DNA of 33,996 bases from assembly GCA_008369845.1 (NCBI GenBank), contig MRSU01010652.1, forward strand, positions 1 through 33,996, in the 5' to 3' direction. The stretch comes from Trichomonas gallinae. Lineage: Eukaryota. The notes under the pieces are model-generated. The model saw only the letters and a program-made list of their open reading frames with translations, was not told the DNA's origin and did no database searches. Made by a program: the position numbers and the translations under genes. This document shows positions 1-10,084 of the stretch, piece after piece. Each line of letters begins with the position of its first letter. Within the stretch, counting starts at the first letter, position 1.

Positions 1-866
1 TTTTGTTGATCATTTGCAAAATATGTATTAAGTTGTTGTTTTAGACGATTCATTGTGCGCATGCGTTTAACTGCATATGGTTCGTCCAAATCATCTTCTG
101 CAACCTCTTCTTGCACTTTTTTAAGAATTGATTTTGGATATTTGTGAACATCGACTTGATGTTGAAGCAGTTCCTTCTTCGTAGCAAATACAATGAATCC
201 TTGCATAACACAGTTGGGATGCTCACATGCATAATGTTCTTCGTGAAAATGAACTTGAATAAGCTCCAATGAGTCAAACCAGTTCTCTTTACCTAAAGAT
301 GCGCATATATCGCACTTAAAGTGGTTTTCTTGTAAATGTTTCGTTAAAGTATTTCCATCAAATCCGATATATTTGCAACAAGGGCATTTTGGATGCTGTT
401 TCATGTGCTGCTCCATTTCATTTTTGCTAAATAGTGGTGTTTCACATGGTAAAAAGCGCTTTGAATCGAAACAAATTTCGCATGGCTCTTTCTTATGAAG
501 CTTTCTTGTATGTCCTTTAAGGGTCTGTAAGTTAGCACAAACCACATTACATTCAGTACAAGTAATCTTTCTAAATCCTGATACTTCTTGAATATCATCT
601 TTCGAATCGTAATAGATATGATAAAATGTATCATGCGGCCTTGATTTCTGTATCTCGACTTCATACGACTCCAACTCTTTCGATGTCGAGACGATTGGAT
701 CGGTTGTTACCTCTCTTTGGCAGAATGGGCACTTAGATTCGTTGTAGCACATGACCATTGTCTCGTAGCACTTCAAACAGAAGTTGCTGTGATTGCATGG
801 AAGCAGTATTCTTCGCTTGATTGGCTCTCCACAGATTAAGCAGTCACCAAATCCGGAATCACTCAT
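1..866 (-). CDS. ZNF598: ZNF598/Hel2-like RING-finger + C2H2 zinc-finger E3 ubiquitin ligase (3' end outside window)
   Basis: Manual translation from ATG at 866 is open to the window edge. N-terminal RING: CLICGEPIKRRILLPCNHSNFCLKC...KCPFC. Zinc-finger array: HPKCPCC...LTKHLQENHFKCDIC...HFHEEHYACEHPNCVMQGFIVFATKKELLQHQVDVH, matching the Hel2/ZNF598 pattern. Inr-like TCATA at 880-876. Not in the ORF track because no stop lies in the window. Confidence 0.85.
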   Translation of the reverse strand, partial: MSDSGFGDCLICGEPIKRRILLPCNHSNFCLKCYETMVMCYNESKCPFCQREVTTDPIVSTSKELESYEVEIQKSRPHDTFYHIYYDSKDDIQEVSGFRKITCTECNVVCANLQTLKGHTRKLHKKEPCEICFDSKRFLPCETPLFSKNEMEQHMKQHPKCPCCKYIGFDGNTLTKHLQENHFKCDICASLGKENWFDSLELIQVHFHEEHYACEHPNCVMQGFIVFATKKELLQHQVDVHKYPKSILKKVQEEVAEDDLDEPYAVKRMRTMNRLKQQLNTYFANDQQ

Positions 867-2597
867 TGTTTTAGATATGATTAGAAAATTATTTAAAAAT
901 TTTGGAATAAGGTTATTTATACTTCAAATAAGGTTATTATTCATTATTCCCTGTTTATCCTGTAATTCGTCAAGCAAAGACTTACTATCGATCAATAGGC
1001 TTCAATCATAATCTGGGTTGAGGTACTGGCGTTGATTCACTCAGATTAGCCTAATTTCATCAACCTTTCTGCTACCAACAGCATCAAATGGGATACATTG
1101 ACAAAAAAACCTTATTAACGGTATTTGTGGAAGAATAAATCATAATCAATGATATTTTTGAGTTATCTTCGATTTATGAAACAGCATCTTACTGAAGCAG
1201 GATCAAGGATATTTGTATATATCCTCAATATGACCTTGTACTTATTTATAAAGTTTGATCCATTTCATTACCTTTTCATCATCGACAAACATGGGTATAA
1301 AGATTTCTATTTAGGTTGATTGAGAATATAATCAATATAGTCAAATACTAGGTTATTATAATCATTTTTGAATAATTGTCTAAATGCAACTCACATGTGT
1401 ATCACTAGATATACTAATATAAATGACTATATAGTTATACTAATAGCGGTTAGATACTTAAACATGGAACTTATTGCTAATTTTTTTGAAGATGATAATT
1501 TTATTGTCAGTTAAAAATGAATAAACATCAATTTATAGCTGCATACAGACAAATAATGATAGTTGCTAATGCCTGTCATCACATGGCTAAATTTCATATC
1601 TTGTGGTATTTGGTTTGCTAGTATGAAAATGCAAAAGCACTGTATGGCATTATTCTACTGGATATCAGTCATTTGGTGACTAAAATAATACAGAAAAACC
1701 CTTACCAAAAAATAATTGAAAACATAAGCTATACATTTGATGCATCAGTCCGAACTAAGAAAACTAAAATTTGTGGTATTATATACAGTTATATCTCAAA
1801 GGGTGATGCATAAATGTCGCAATTTTATTAAATATTTATGATTTTAAAATATATCAAAGACAAAATATGATCACTAAGAATGTTGTTATAGCATTTTATC
1901 AATGGTCTTTTCAATTTGGTTTGATTTAATTTTTTTTCAAAGGATGCTCCAAAACAATTGATTAATTTTACTCACATTTCATAGTAGAATCGAAATTTAA
2001 GTTGAACCATTCGACATAAAAAAAATCAATCAAAAACGCGAATACTATTATGATTATTAGTTATAACTCTGTTTCAATAGAAAGAAATCGAAAACCAAAA
2101 ATTGTTCTGAATTTTTTTCTGATAAATTATAAAATAACAACAATGTTGTTTATATAATATAATGAAGAAAAACCAATTTGACAAAATCAAATTTGACACA
2201 ACTAGAACGTCTCAAAAATATTAATGAAGAATTTGAAATATTATCTGATTTAAATTATATTTAGTTCTCGGATTCAATTCTTTTGAAATGAATTCGATAG
2301 TTATTTTTGTCTTAAATTTATATTATATATATTGTTCTGAAGCTAATTTTTCGTCCTTGAAAAATATTTCATTTCAAAAAATTCAATGCCTCTCAAATGC
2401 ATAATATCATAAAATCTATATACTTTTATTATATATTTAATATCCATATATCTTAATATTTATTTGACAAAATACATTTGAGGTTAATTCAAAATGGTTT
2501 ATTTTTGCATTTTTATTTATATCATCATATAATGTGTTTATTATTTTTCAATGAAAAAACTGACCTTATTTATTTATCTTTGCTTTTCTTGATATAG

Positions 2598-3083
2598 ATG
2601 ATGGGTATTGGTAAGGGATCAACGAAAAACAAGTTTACTCATAGCGATGATATCAAACTTAAGCAGCTTGTAAAGATTCTTGGTAAGAATTGGATTCGAG
2701 TTTCAGAAGAGATGCATGATAAGAATCCTAGACAATGCAGGGATAGATATGAGAAATATCTATCACCAGAAATGAATCATGAGCCTTTTTCTGCTGAAGA
2801 GGACATTGCTTTGCTTGATCTATATCAAAAAATAGGACCAAAATGGGTTAAAATGGCAAAGATAATTAAAGGACGATCTGATGTAGCACTAAAATCCCGT
2901 TTTAAACTGTTACAAAGACATGGAAAGATCAATCAGGAAATAATAAAGGCAGAATTAGACAACAAGAAACCTTCAAATGAGCCAAATGTAGCAACAAGAG
3001 ATTGTATCGATGAAATTACTGATAATTTCCAACAATTAGACAATGATTGCCTATTCAATTTAGTATTTGAATACTTCGATTAA
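2598..3083 (+). CDS. R2R3 Myb DNA-binding protein
   Basis: Two Myb repeats: KFTHSDDIKLKQLV...NWIRVSEEMHDKNPRQCRDRYEKYL and PFSAEEDIALLDLYQKIGPKWVKMAKIIKGRSDVALKSRF. Acidic C-terminus; stop lies in TAAA. Confidence 0.93.
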   Translation: MMGIGKGSTKNKFTHSDDIKLKQLVKILGKNWIRVSEEMHDKNPRQCRDRYEKYLSPEMNHEPFSAEEDIALLDLYQKIGPKWVKMAKIIKGRSDVALKSRFKLLQRHGKINQEIIKAELDNKKPSNEPNVATRDCIDEITDNFQQLDNDCLFNLVFEYFD

Positions 3084-3689
3084 AGATGTGAGTATTATAT
3101 TTTTATTATTTAGAAGTAGTGTATTTATATTTTGTAGTATTAGAACATATTCTTTAGTTAATAGTATATTTCAAATATCAGTACTTTAATATGCATTTTA
3201 ATAAGAGTTCTCTAAGTATTTATATTCTATATGTCATTGATATCATTATATCTATAATTCAATCCGTTAGGATCAAATTTTGATAAAAATATGCGATAAT
3301 TAATTTAATAATATAAAACAACGATTCATCGTTGAAAAACTGTGATTATAAATATATGATTAATCGCTCGTTATATATTATTTTCTTTGATATAATTTTT
3401 CACGGTATTTTTTCTAATTTAAAGTTTCGTATCTTGATTTTAATTCTATAATCGATCTAAATTGTTGTATTATATTCGATTTTGTTGGAATACAATAATA
3501 TATTGAAAATATTTTAAATTGAAATTTGAAAAAAAATTCTTTTTGAACTGTAATGTAATCAATATCTACGCATGATTAATTAGATTATATGATTCGTTTC
3601 CCGATAGAATGTAATTTTGTTTGTTTTATATAAAATTTTTTTTTTGTTCTAATTTAGTATATGCGCAATAATGGATGGATAGACTTGGT

Positions 3690-3950
3690 ATTTGCTAGTA
3701 AAATACCGAATAATGAAGTAGTTGGGTCACAAATCTCACATAAATACAAGAGTAATTGAAAAATCTATCCACAAATTTGTAAAAGTTGTTCGAACAACTG
3801 ACAATTGAATTGCGATTCAAGGTTAAATAACTGTTAATGTAATAACTCTCCACTGTTTTAGAATAACAAATAGGTTAAATTTGAATGAAACTCGTTTTTT
3901 TTGTTTGAGAGAAGATTTTGAATGTTTGAATGTGTTCTCCATGCATCAAG
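3690..3950 (-). pseudogene. Probable heavily decayed relic of the 12570-16484 gene family
   Basis: Restoring one G in GCATGG(G)AGAAC gives DAWENTF (paralog GLWENVY). The same frame continues NLFVI (NFFVL), RVI (GVI) and QLSVVRTTF (NLLVFHTTF) with two stops. The family upstream motif lies at 3990-3998. Boundaries are approximate. Confidence 0.45.
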
Positions 3951-4446
3951 ATTTTGATTAGATTACTTCAATACTATTAAATCTTTAATAAATCGGATCT
4001 AACAAATTCTCGATCAAGATTTTCTTTAAAAAATGATTATTTTTGGATTTGTAACCTATCATTCGTCTATACTACAAAAAATATGAGTTTTCTATCGATT
4101 AAGATCCAATTATTTGGTTAATTTGTTTGGTCAATTTGATGATATCAATAAATTCCAAATTCGGATAATTTATATTAAAATATACAATTATGACTCTCAT
4201 ATTATATGGTTTTTGTGAATTAATTTTGTAATTTTTATTAAGAAATTAAATTTCGATCAATAACAGCATTAATTTACATCGTCAATAATATCGCAACCTC
4301 ATAACTTGATAAATCATTGACATTATGCTTTATTTTAACAAATATTTAAAAATATGATAAAATAATTTGCAAGTTAGAAAGATTTTGATGAGCTGAAACA
4401 CTTTTTTACAACCAAACATGAATAACATAACAGATAAAATAAACAA

Positions 4447-5292
4447 TTAATTGTTATTGTTTTGATCTTCTTCTTCTTGCTGATGGTTTCCTTCAATCAT
4501 CTTGTCAAGCATGCCATCATCAGACTCTTCCTCATCAGTCTCTGGAGACATGGCTTTTTCAAGATTATTAGTAAAAGTATTTAATGAGACAAGATTTTCG
4601 TTTGATTCTCCATTCATTTGGCGGGACTCTGCTTCAACGTTATCTGCATTATTCTGTTCTTCTAAATCAGGAATTACAGGCTTTTTCTGGTAAATTCTAC
4701 TTCCTTGGCGAGATCTTTGTGGTTTTGGAGTGTAACGAGGCTGCTGAGTTGAAGCAGCTCTCTTATCGTAAATAAGCTCCTCATTTTGAGGCGATTTCGG
4801 AGTTCTTCTTCCAGGAGACCTTTGCCTTGAATTATAGTTTACGTACATTCCGGATTCAAGCTCCCTGAGAGATGACTGGCTTCTTGATGGACTATCGCTT
4901 CTAGAATTGCTCAAAGAATTCGAAGGAATTCCTTTTTCGTTTTCGGTTGGGAATTCAGCTTCGCAGTACTTCAGCCTCTCACTCCATGGAATCGTTGCAG
5001 AGCGATTCTGTATTTTTGGCTGCGTCCTGAAGAAATCTTCTTTTATTGGAATTCCGTGTGCTTTCTTCCATATGGAATCGATATTTCTGGAATTCTTTAT
5101 GTCGTTTCTTATGGCAATTTCTCGCTCTTCGTCCTTGCGTTGTCTGTTAATTTGAAATATCGGCGCGACGTTAGGTTTCATTGAGATCGGTTTGTGTGGG
5201 TTGTGCTTGAGTGCATAAGTGTGCCTTTCGTATGCGCGTGCTTTCTCGGCTAAATCTAAGTATTTCGAGCAAACAGGCTGAGCACGAAACAT
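4447..5292 (-). CDS. Hypothetical protein with CFAP97/KIAA1430 (Hemingway)-like N-terminus and disordered Ser/Arg-rich, acidic C-terminus
   Basis: Likely start is MFRAQPVCSKYL (ATG at 5292 after an A-run); the upstream in-frame extension is low-complexity A/T. The N-terminal ~75 aa resemble the CFAP97D pattern (P..xKYL...Y..H...L...P.....EER...I). Confidence 0.75.
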   Translation of the reverse strand: MFRAQPVCSKYLDLAEKARAYERHTYALKHNPHKPISMKPNVAPIFQINRQRKDEEREIAIRNDIKNSRNIDSIWKKAHGIPIKEDFFRTQPKIQNRSATIPWSERLKYCEAEFPTENEKGIPSNSLSNSRSDSPSRSQSSLRELESGMYVNYNSRQRSPGRRTPKSPQNEELIYDKRAASTQQPRYTPKPQRSRQGSRIYQKKPVIPDLEEQNNADNVEAESRQMNGESNENLVSLNTFTNNLEKAMSPETDEEESDDGMLDKMIEGNHQQEEEDQNNNN

Positions 5293-6084
5293 TTTTTTTT
5301 TATTTTTTTTATAACGTACAAATTTTATTCGCAAATTTTGGAATTTGTACAGCATTGGTTATAATAATATGATTCTTTTTCAATTTTTGAAAAAGGAATT
5401 CAAAAAAGAACCTTATTATAACGAAACATACTATATATTTATTTTATAATTATTTTAAATAAAATTAAATATTGTCACTTTTCAAAAAACAAAAAAGCAA
5501 ATATTTCATTCAAAGAAGTCATTATAATTTAATGCAATACTATTGGAACTATAAGTATGCATTTCTTCAAATTCTATCAAAGAAATTAAAAGAAAAGCAA
5601 GGAATGAACACCACAATGATGGATCTCTTCGACAGATGATATATAATACAGCTATATTGTTAAGATTATTCAATATTGATTCTCATCAAATTTTATTAAG
5701 GTATTTAACATAAAAAAAAATAAGTATTTTCATAAAATGAGTGTTATATTTGCTATTGTCATATTTTAAAATAATAAAAACCTGATCTTTATATCAATAC
5801 GTTGGAAAGTCTCATTCATATCCAGTGCTTTGTTTTGTATGTAAGTATTTTATTTCATTTTATTGAAAGAATCAATTTTTTTATGAGATCTGATCCGAAA
5901 TCTTTTATAATGATAAAAAGATTAGGTTATGATTACAACAACTTTTAAATTCTACAACCAACTCAAATTTAATTTGTTATGAACACTCAAAAGTTTTATC
6001 AGAATCTTTTCAAAAAGCAGGTTTAAATAAAATTAAGTCATAAATAGCTTTTCCCTGCAACATAAAGCGTTTTATTAGTGATAT

Positions 6085-7941
6085 ATGAATGATTGGAAGT
6101 TATCTGGTGTTGGAGATATTAGTAAAGCAAAAATTAATGGCACTGTTGTTGAATTTAATTACCCATGTACGTCAAATTACGATTGTTCTTATTACTATAC
6201 AATCCTTCAACCAGGATATTATAAAGCCGAAGTTTGGGGAGCAAAAGGAGGTGGTGGTTCTTGGGGTCGATATAATACAAGATATTGCTCTGTGTATGGA
6301 GGATACTCTGTAGGTGTTTTTCAGCTAACTTCTCCCACATTTGTAAGCGTGTTTGTTGGAGGAAAGGGTGAAGATGGCGCGAAATATAGAGATACATATG
6401 GTGGCTTTAATGGAGGTGGTAATGCATCCAGAGATTATAAAGAAGGTGGATCTAAGAATGATTATGATCTTTCTGGAGGTGGAGGTGGTGCATCTGATAT
6501 CAGATTGAATGATATTACAGTTAATTCTACTATAGATAACAGAATTATTGTTGCTGGTGGTTCAGGAGGATACTCATTTGCAAACGCTTGTTACACTTTT
6601 GATAGCCATGGCTGGGGAGGTGGTGAAACTGCTGGACCTTCCACAGATCAATTTGGAAAGTCCTACGGACAATCAGCAACAACAGAAAAAGGTTATAAAA
6701 AATTATACGGTCAAAAGGGTTGGTATCACGTAGATAGTGGTTCATATGATGGATTCCCAAGTGGTGGTGGCGGTGGTGGGTATTATGGAGGTTATTCCGA
6801 TATGGTTAAAGGTCCTGGAGGAGGTGGGTCTGGATATATAGGTGGTGTCATTGATTTTAGAGATATTAAAAAGAAAACATATGCAGGAAACGAGCAATTT
6901 CCTAGATTTCATTCTTCAGGAAATGGAGCAGCAAGAATCACATTATTAGGTTATCTTTTAACTCTCCATTCAAAAATAGAAACTAGTTATTTTCCTGGTT
7001 CAACAATCTATTTGGATTTTAGTTTGACATCTATGGGAATTAATGAAGAAGCAAAAATATTTCGTAGCGTCAATGATACTGCGGAAATACTAATAAAATC
7101 ACATACAGATGAGGGTGAAATATACAATTTCACTGATTCTTTCGACATCCCTTTTATCAGCGGCTATTATTCAGTAACCTATAGAGTCCAATCGAAATCG
7201 GATTTGAACACATCATTCATTTATCAGATTCTAGTCACCAAAGTTCCACAATTATTAATTCTCAGCAACCCTAAGCCTAAATACATCCTGAATGAAACAG
7301 TTTTGATTGATATTGAACTCTCTGATGACACTTATTCGAAAATAATAATTAATGATGATGATTTAATCAGAAAATGTTTTATAATTTATTGCAACAACAT
7401 TTTAAACAGATCAACACTGAAATTCAACATCCCTCCAACCTACAAAGTTTATTCATCAAGGAATTTCACGTTAGTAGCAGTTGATGAATTCGGTTTACAG
7501 TCGACAAAGTTTTCTTTTGTTTACGAAATAGTCCCAAATCGATCTCCAGACATTGCATTGACAAATAACATATCTTATCTACTAGACAACAGCTCTCCAA
7601 TACATATACAAGGAAGTATTCGTGATTTTGAGATTCCATCGAATGTTTGCGTGATGACAGCTTTTGATTTAAACATTGGTAATAAACAAAATTGTTTGAA
7701 TATAGAAAATACAGACTGGACTGAGTTTAATTTTTCTCTTTCTGTTAGCAATCTGAAAGCAGGACTCCATACATTGAGTTTATATGGAATTGATGATCAC
7801 CAAGGCCAATCTAACACTGTTAATCATTATTTTGCATTCTCAAAAAAATCATTTATAATTCAACGAACAGCATATATCTGTAACTCACCATATTCAAGAA
7901 CTCTAGCAAAAACTTTAGGAATCATTACATTATACTTGTAA
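6085..7941 (+). CDS. Glycine-rich-domain (ALK/LTK GRD-like, Gly_rich) protein with C-terminal Ig-like beta repeats
   Basis: Ordered motifs GYYKAEVWGAKGG, GGYSVG, VFVGGKG, GGFNGGG, GGGGGASDIR, RIIVAGGSGG, GGGGGYYGG, GGGGSGYI, GNGAARIT. These are followed by beta-rich modules ending in TLVAVDEFGLQS and HTLSLYGIDDHQGQS. Stop lies in TAAA. Confidence 0.88.
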   Translation: MNDWKLSGVGDISKAKINGTVVEFNYPCTSNYDCSYYYTILQPGYYKAEVWGAKGGGGSWGRYNTRYCSVYGGYSVGVFQLTSPTFVSVFVGGKGEDGAKYRDTYGGFNGGGNASRDYKEGGSKNDYDLSGGGGGASDIRLNDITVNSTIDNRIIVAGGSGGYSFANACYTFDSHGWGGGETAGPSTDQFGKSYGQSATTEKGYKKLYGQKGWYHVDSGSYDGFPSGGGGGGYYGGYSDMVKGPGGGGSGYIGGVIDFRDIKKKTYAGNEQFPRFHSSGNGAARITLLGYLLTLHSKIETSYFPGSTIYLDFSLTSMGINEEAKIFRSVNDTAEILIKSHTDEGEIYNFTDSFDIPFISGYYSVTYRVQSKSDLNTSFIYQILVTKVPQLLILSNPKPKYILNETVLIDIELSDDTYSKIIINDDDLIRKCFIIYCNNILNRSTLKFNIPPTYKVYSSRNFTLVAVDEFGLQSTKFSFVYEIVPNRSPDIALTNNISYLLDNSSPIHIQGSIRDFEIPSNVCVMTAFDLNIGNKQNCLNIENTDWTEFNFSLSVSNLKAGLHTLSLYGIDDHQGQSNTVNHYFAFSKKSFIIQRTAYICNSPYSRTLAKTLGIITLYL

Positions 7942-8190
7942 ATAAACAAAAATATTAAATTTTTTACCAAATTGCAATTTAATCCATAATAAAAGTATTT
8001 AAACTCAATAAAAGAAACAACTAACCAGAATAAAAAGAATCAAATCAGGATTTAGAATATTTATAGAAAAAATTATGAAATTATGATTTTGTTGAATAAG
8101 GATGATATTTGATAAACAGCAGTGAGATATAGAATCCATATTTAAAATCATATATAAAAACAAACAAAATAAAAAACAAGAAAAATAAAA

Positions 8191-9645
8191 TTAGAAGAGT
8201 TGAGGAGGAACATAGCATTTTGTTATCTCTTCTATTGGTGCTGCAACAAGAAGCAGTTCACTTATTGCATCTACTGTTGCAATTCCAACTTCTCTGTAAG
8301 AATCTTCTGTCAACTGAGTTCCATTGCGTTCTCCTATGTTGCAACCGCCGAAACTCATCTCTAGAGTGTAAGCGAACGGAATGCTGTATCTGTGGTGCAA
8401 AGCGACGCGCATCGTTGTTGGATATTCTCTAGAATGGAAGCTAATTGACTCATTAACATCGAAAAGTGTTGTCATTCTGCCCATGATTCTAGGGAAGAAT
8501 GGCTCGTATTCGTTTAACCTTGTTCTTGCATCTCTTACTCCATATGTGAAGGCATTGCATTGAGCTGTGTGTCCGTGGAAGTCCAGTAGGAAAAGTATTG
8601 GCCTTGTCTGGCTCAAAATGTCAAGAAAACCGACAACTGCTGCTGCTTCTGGAATTTGACGTTTATCTGGCCTCCTCCAGACCCTATTCATGTCTGTACC
8701 TGTTAACTGTGGCCTGAAGTACCCGCAAATGACGCCATCTGGGTTCATCATCGGTAATAACAAAAACGAAAAGTGATTTAATAAAGATTTCGAATTGTTA
8801 CTGCCATCAAACAAGCGAGCAATGAAGCCTTCCATGGCATAGGAGCTGTTTGATTCGCCAGGATGAAGCCTAGCTGCAATAACAACAAGTGGTTTGTAAT
8901 TGTAGTTTCTCTTTTTAACGAAACACTTCGAAATTGGACGCACAAAGTTGTGTACATCAGCATCCCAGAAGATTGCCGGCACATCCACGCCTCCAGACGA
9001 AACGCAGATTGATGAACAATTAATTCTCGCTGACATTAAGAAAGAACGCAGGTCACTGTACGAATACGGGTACAGATACGCGAAGTACATCGTATCTCTC
9101 GCCGTTACGTTGAAAGAAAAGGCCAAAGAATATTCTGGAGCTGTCCTGCTTGTTTTGCTGCACCAGAAGTTTAGTCTGTTTCCTATCCTCTCCCAGCCTC
9201 CTCCTCTTCTCACGTTGTTCATTGAGAGTGCGACAGGTTGTACTCCTATATTATGCAATTGAGCATCTCTGTAGAAGCCAGATATGATAAAAGAGTACTC
9301 GCCTGGCGCTATATTATCGACTTTGAAGTAGTACCACGTTGCTGAATATTGTCTGGAAGGATCAGGTAACAAATTGATTTCATAAATTCTTGGAGCGATC
9401 TTCCAAACGCACCCAAGATTGCCGCATTCGAAGTCTCCTGAGAAGATAAGCCCTTTGGGAGGTATTTGTACATTTGGATCAAACACTAATTCACGATGTC
9501 TTAAATATTCTTTTGGAACATTATGAAAAACGTATTCTTTCATCAAAGGCGGAGGCTCAGCGGGAAAAACGTTCAAAGCCATGGACTTCAGCAGCCGTGT
9601 CGCTGGCGTATAATGAAACAGTGGAGGGCCTCTCACACTTTTCAT
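8191..9645 (-). CDS. Cytosolic carboxypeptidase (M14, CCP/AGBL/Nna1 family; putative tubulin deglutamylase)
   Basis: FSGDFECGNL, WYYF, YPYSYSDL, ARLHPGESNSS (HxxE zinc ligands), PMMNPDGV, DMNRVW, LDFHGH, YTLEMSF. Confidence 0.95.
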   Translation of the reverse strand: MKSVRGPPLFHYTPATRLLKSMALNVFPAEPPPLMKEYVFHNVPKEYLRHRELVFDPNVQIPPKGLIFSGDFECGNLGCVWKIAPRIYEINLLPDPSRQYSATWYYFKVDNIAPGEYSFIISGFYRDAQLHNIGVQPVALSMNNVRRGGGWERIGNRLNFWCSKTSRTAPEYSLAFSFNVTARDTMYFAYLYPYSYSDLRSFLMSARINCSSICVSSGGVDVPAIFWDADVHNFVRPISKCFVKKRNYNYKPLVVIAARLHPGESNSSYAMEGFIARLFDGSNNSKSLLNHFSFLLLPMMNPDGVICGYFRPQLTGTDMNRVWRRPDKRQIPEAAAVVGFLDILSQTRPILFLLDFHGHTAQCNAFTYGVRDARTRLNEYEPFFPRIMGRMTTLFDVNESISFHSREYPTTMRVALHHRYSIPFAYTLEMSFGGCNIGERNGTQLTEDSYREVGIATVDAISELLLVAAPIEEITKCYVPPQLF

Positions 9646-9832
9646 TTTTTTGATTTTTTTCGTTTTTTATTTTTTTAGATTTTTAGATATTTAGTTATAT
9701 TAGCTAAAGATCTATTTATATTTTAAATTTTTTGGATTTTATTCAATTTTTTTACATTTTATAATTTTTGATGTTTACTTATGGTTAAATTTGGAATTAT
9801 AAATTTTTAAAATTTGAATTTTTTTGTAAATA

Positions 9833-10073
9833 TGTCACTTTTAAATATTTATATTCCTATGTTTATTAATTATTTAACATTTAGTTTTTGAAATTTTTAA
9901 TATGTCACTTTTATATGTTTTAATAATTATATTCTATTCATTACATATTATCAAATTTTTGATTTTTAAAAATTTGTAAAATTTGTCACTTTTGGAAATA
10001 TTTAGATTTATATTGTAATATTTGATACATAATAAGATTTTTGATTTTAAAATTTTGTTAAATTGTCACTTTT
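9833..10073. promoter_or_regulatory. Four spaced copies of TGTCACTTTT in a divergent promoter
   Basis: Exact 10-mer at 9833, 9903, 9984 and 10064 (spacing 70, 81, 80) in degenerate A/T repeat units. It contains the Inr TCACT on + and AAAGTGAC on -. The last copy ends 11 nt before ATG 10085. Confidence 0.7.
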
Positions 10074-10084
10074 TATAATTTTTT

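Noticed and set aside
50..1011. Track ORFs 50..277, 401..664 and 793..1011
   Set aside because: Alternative-frame or antisense shadows of the ZNF598-like gene.
3784..3799. Perfect 16-bp palindrome AGTTGTTCGAACAACT
   Set aside because: It coincides with the VVRTT codons of the putative relic, and there is no other evidence for a structured RNA or element end.
5837..5846. GTATGT 5' splice-like site upstream of the glycine-rich gene
   Set aside because: No ACTAACACACAG-type branch/3' site was seen downstream.
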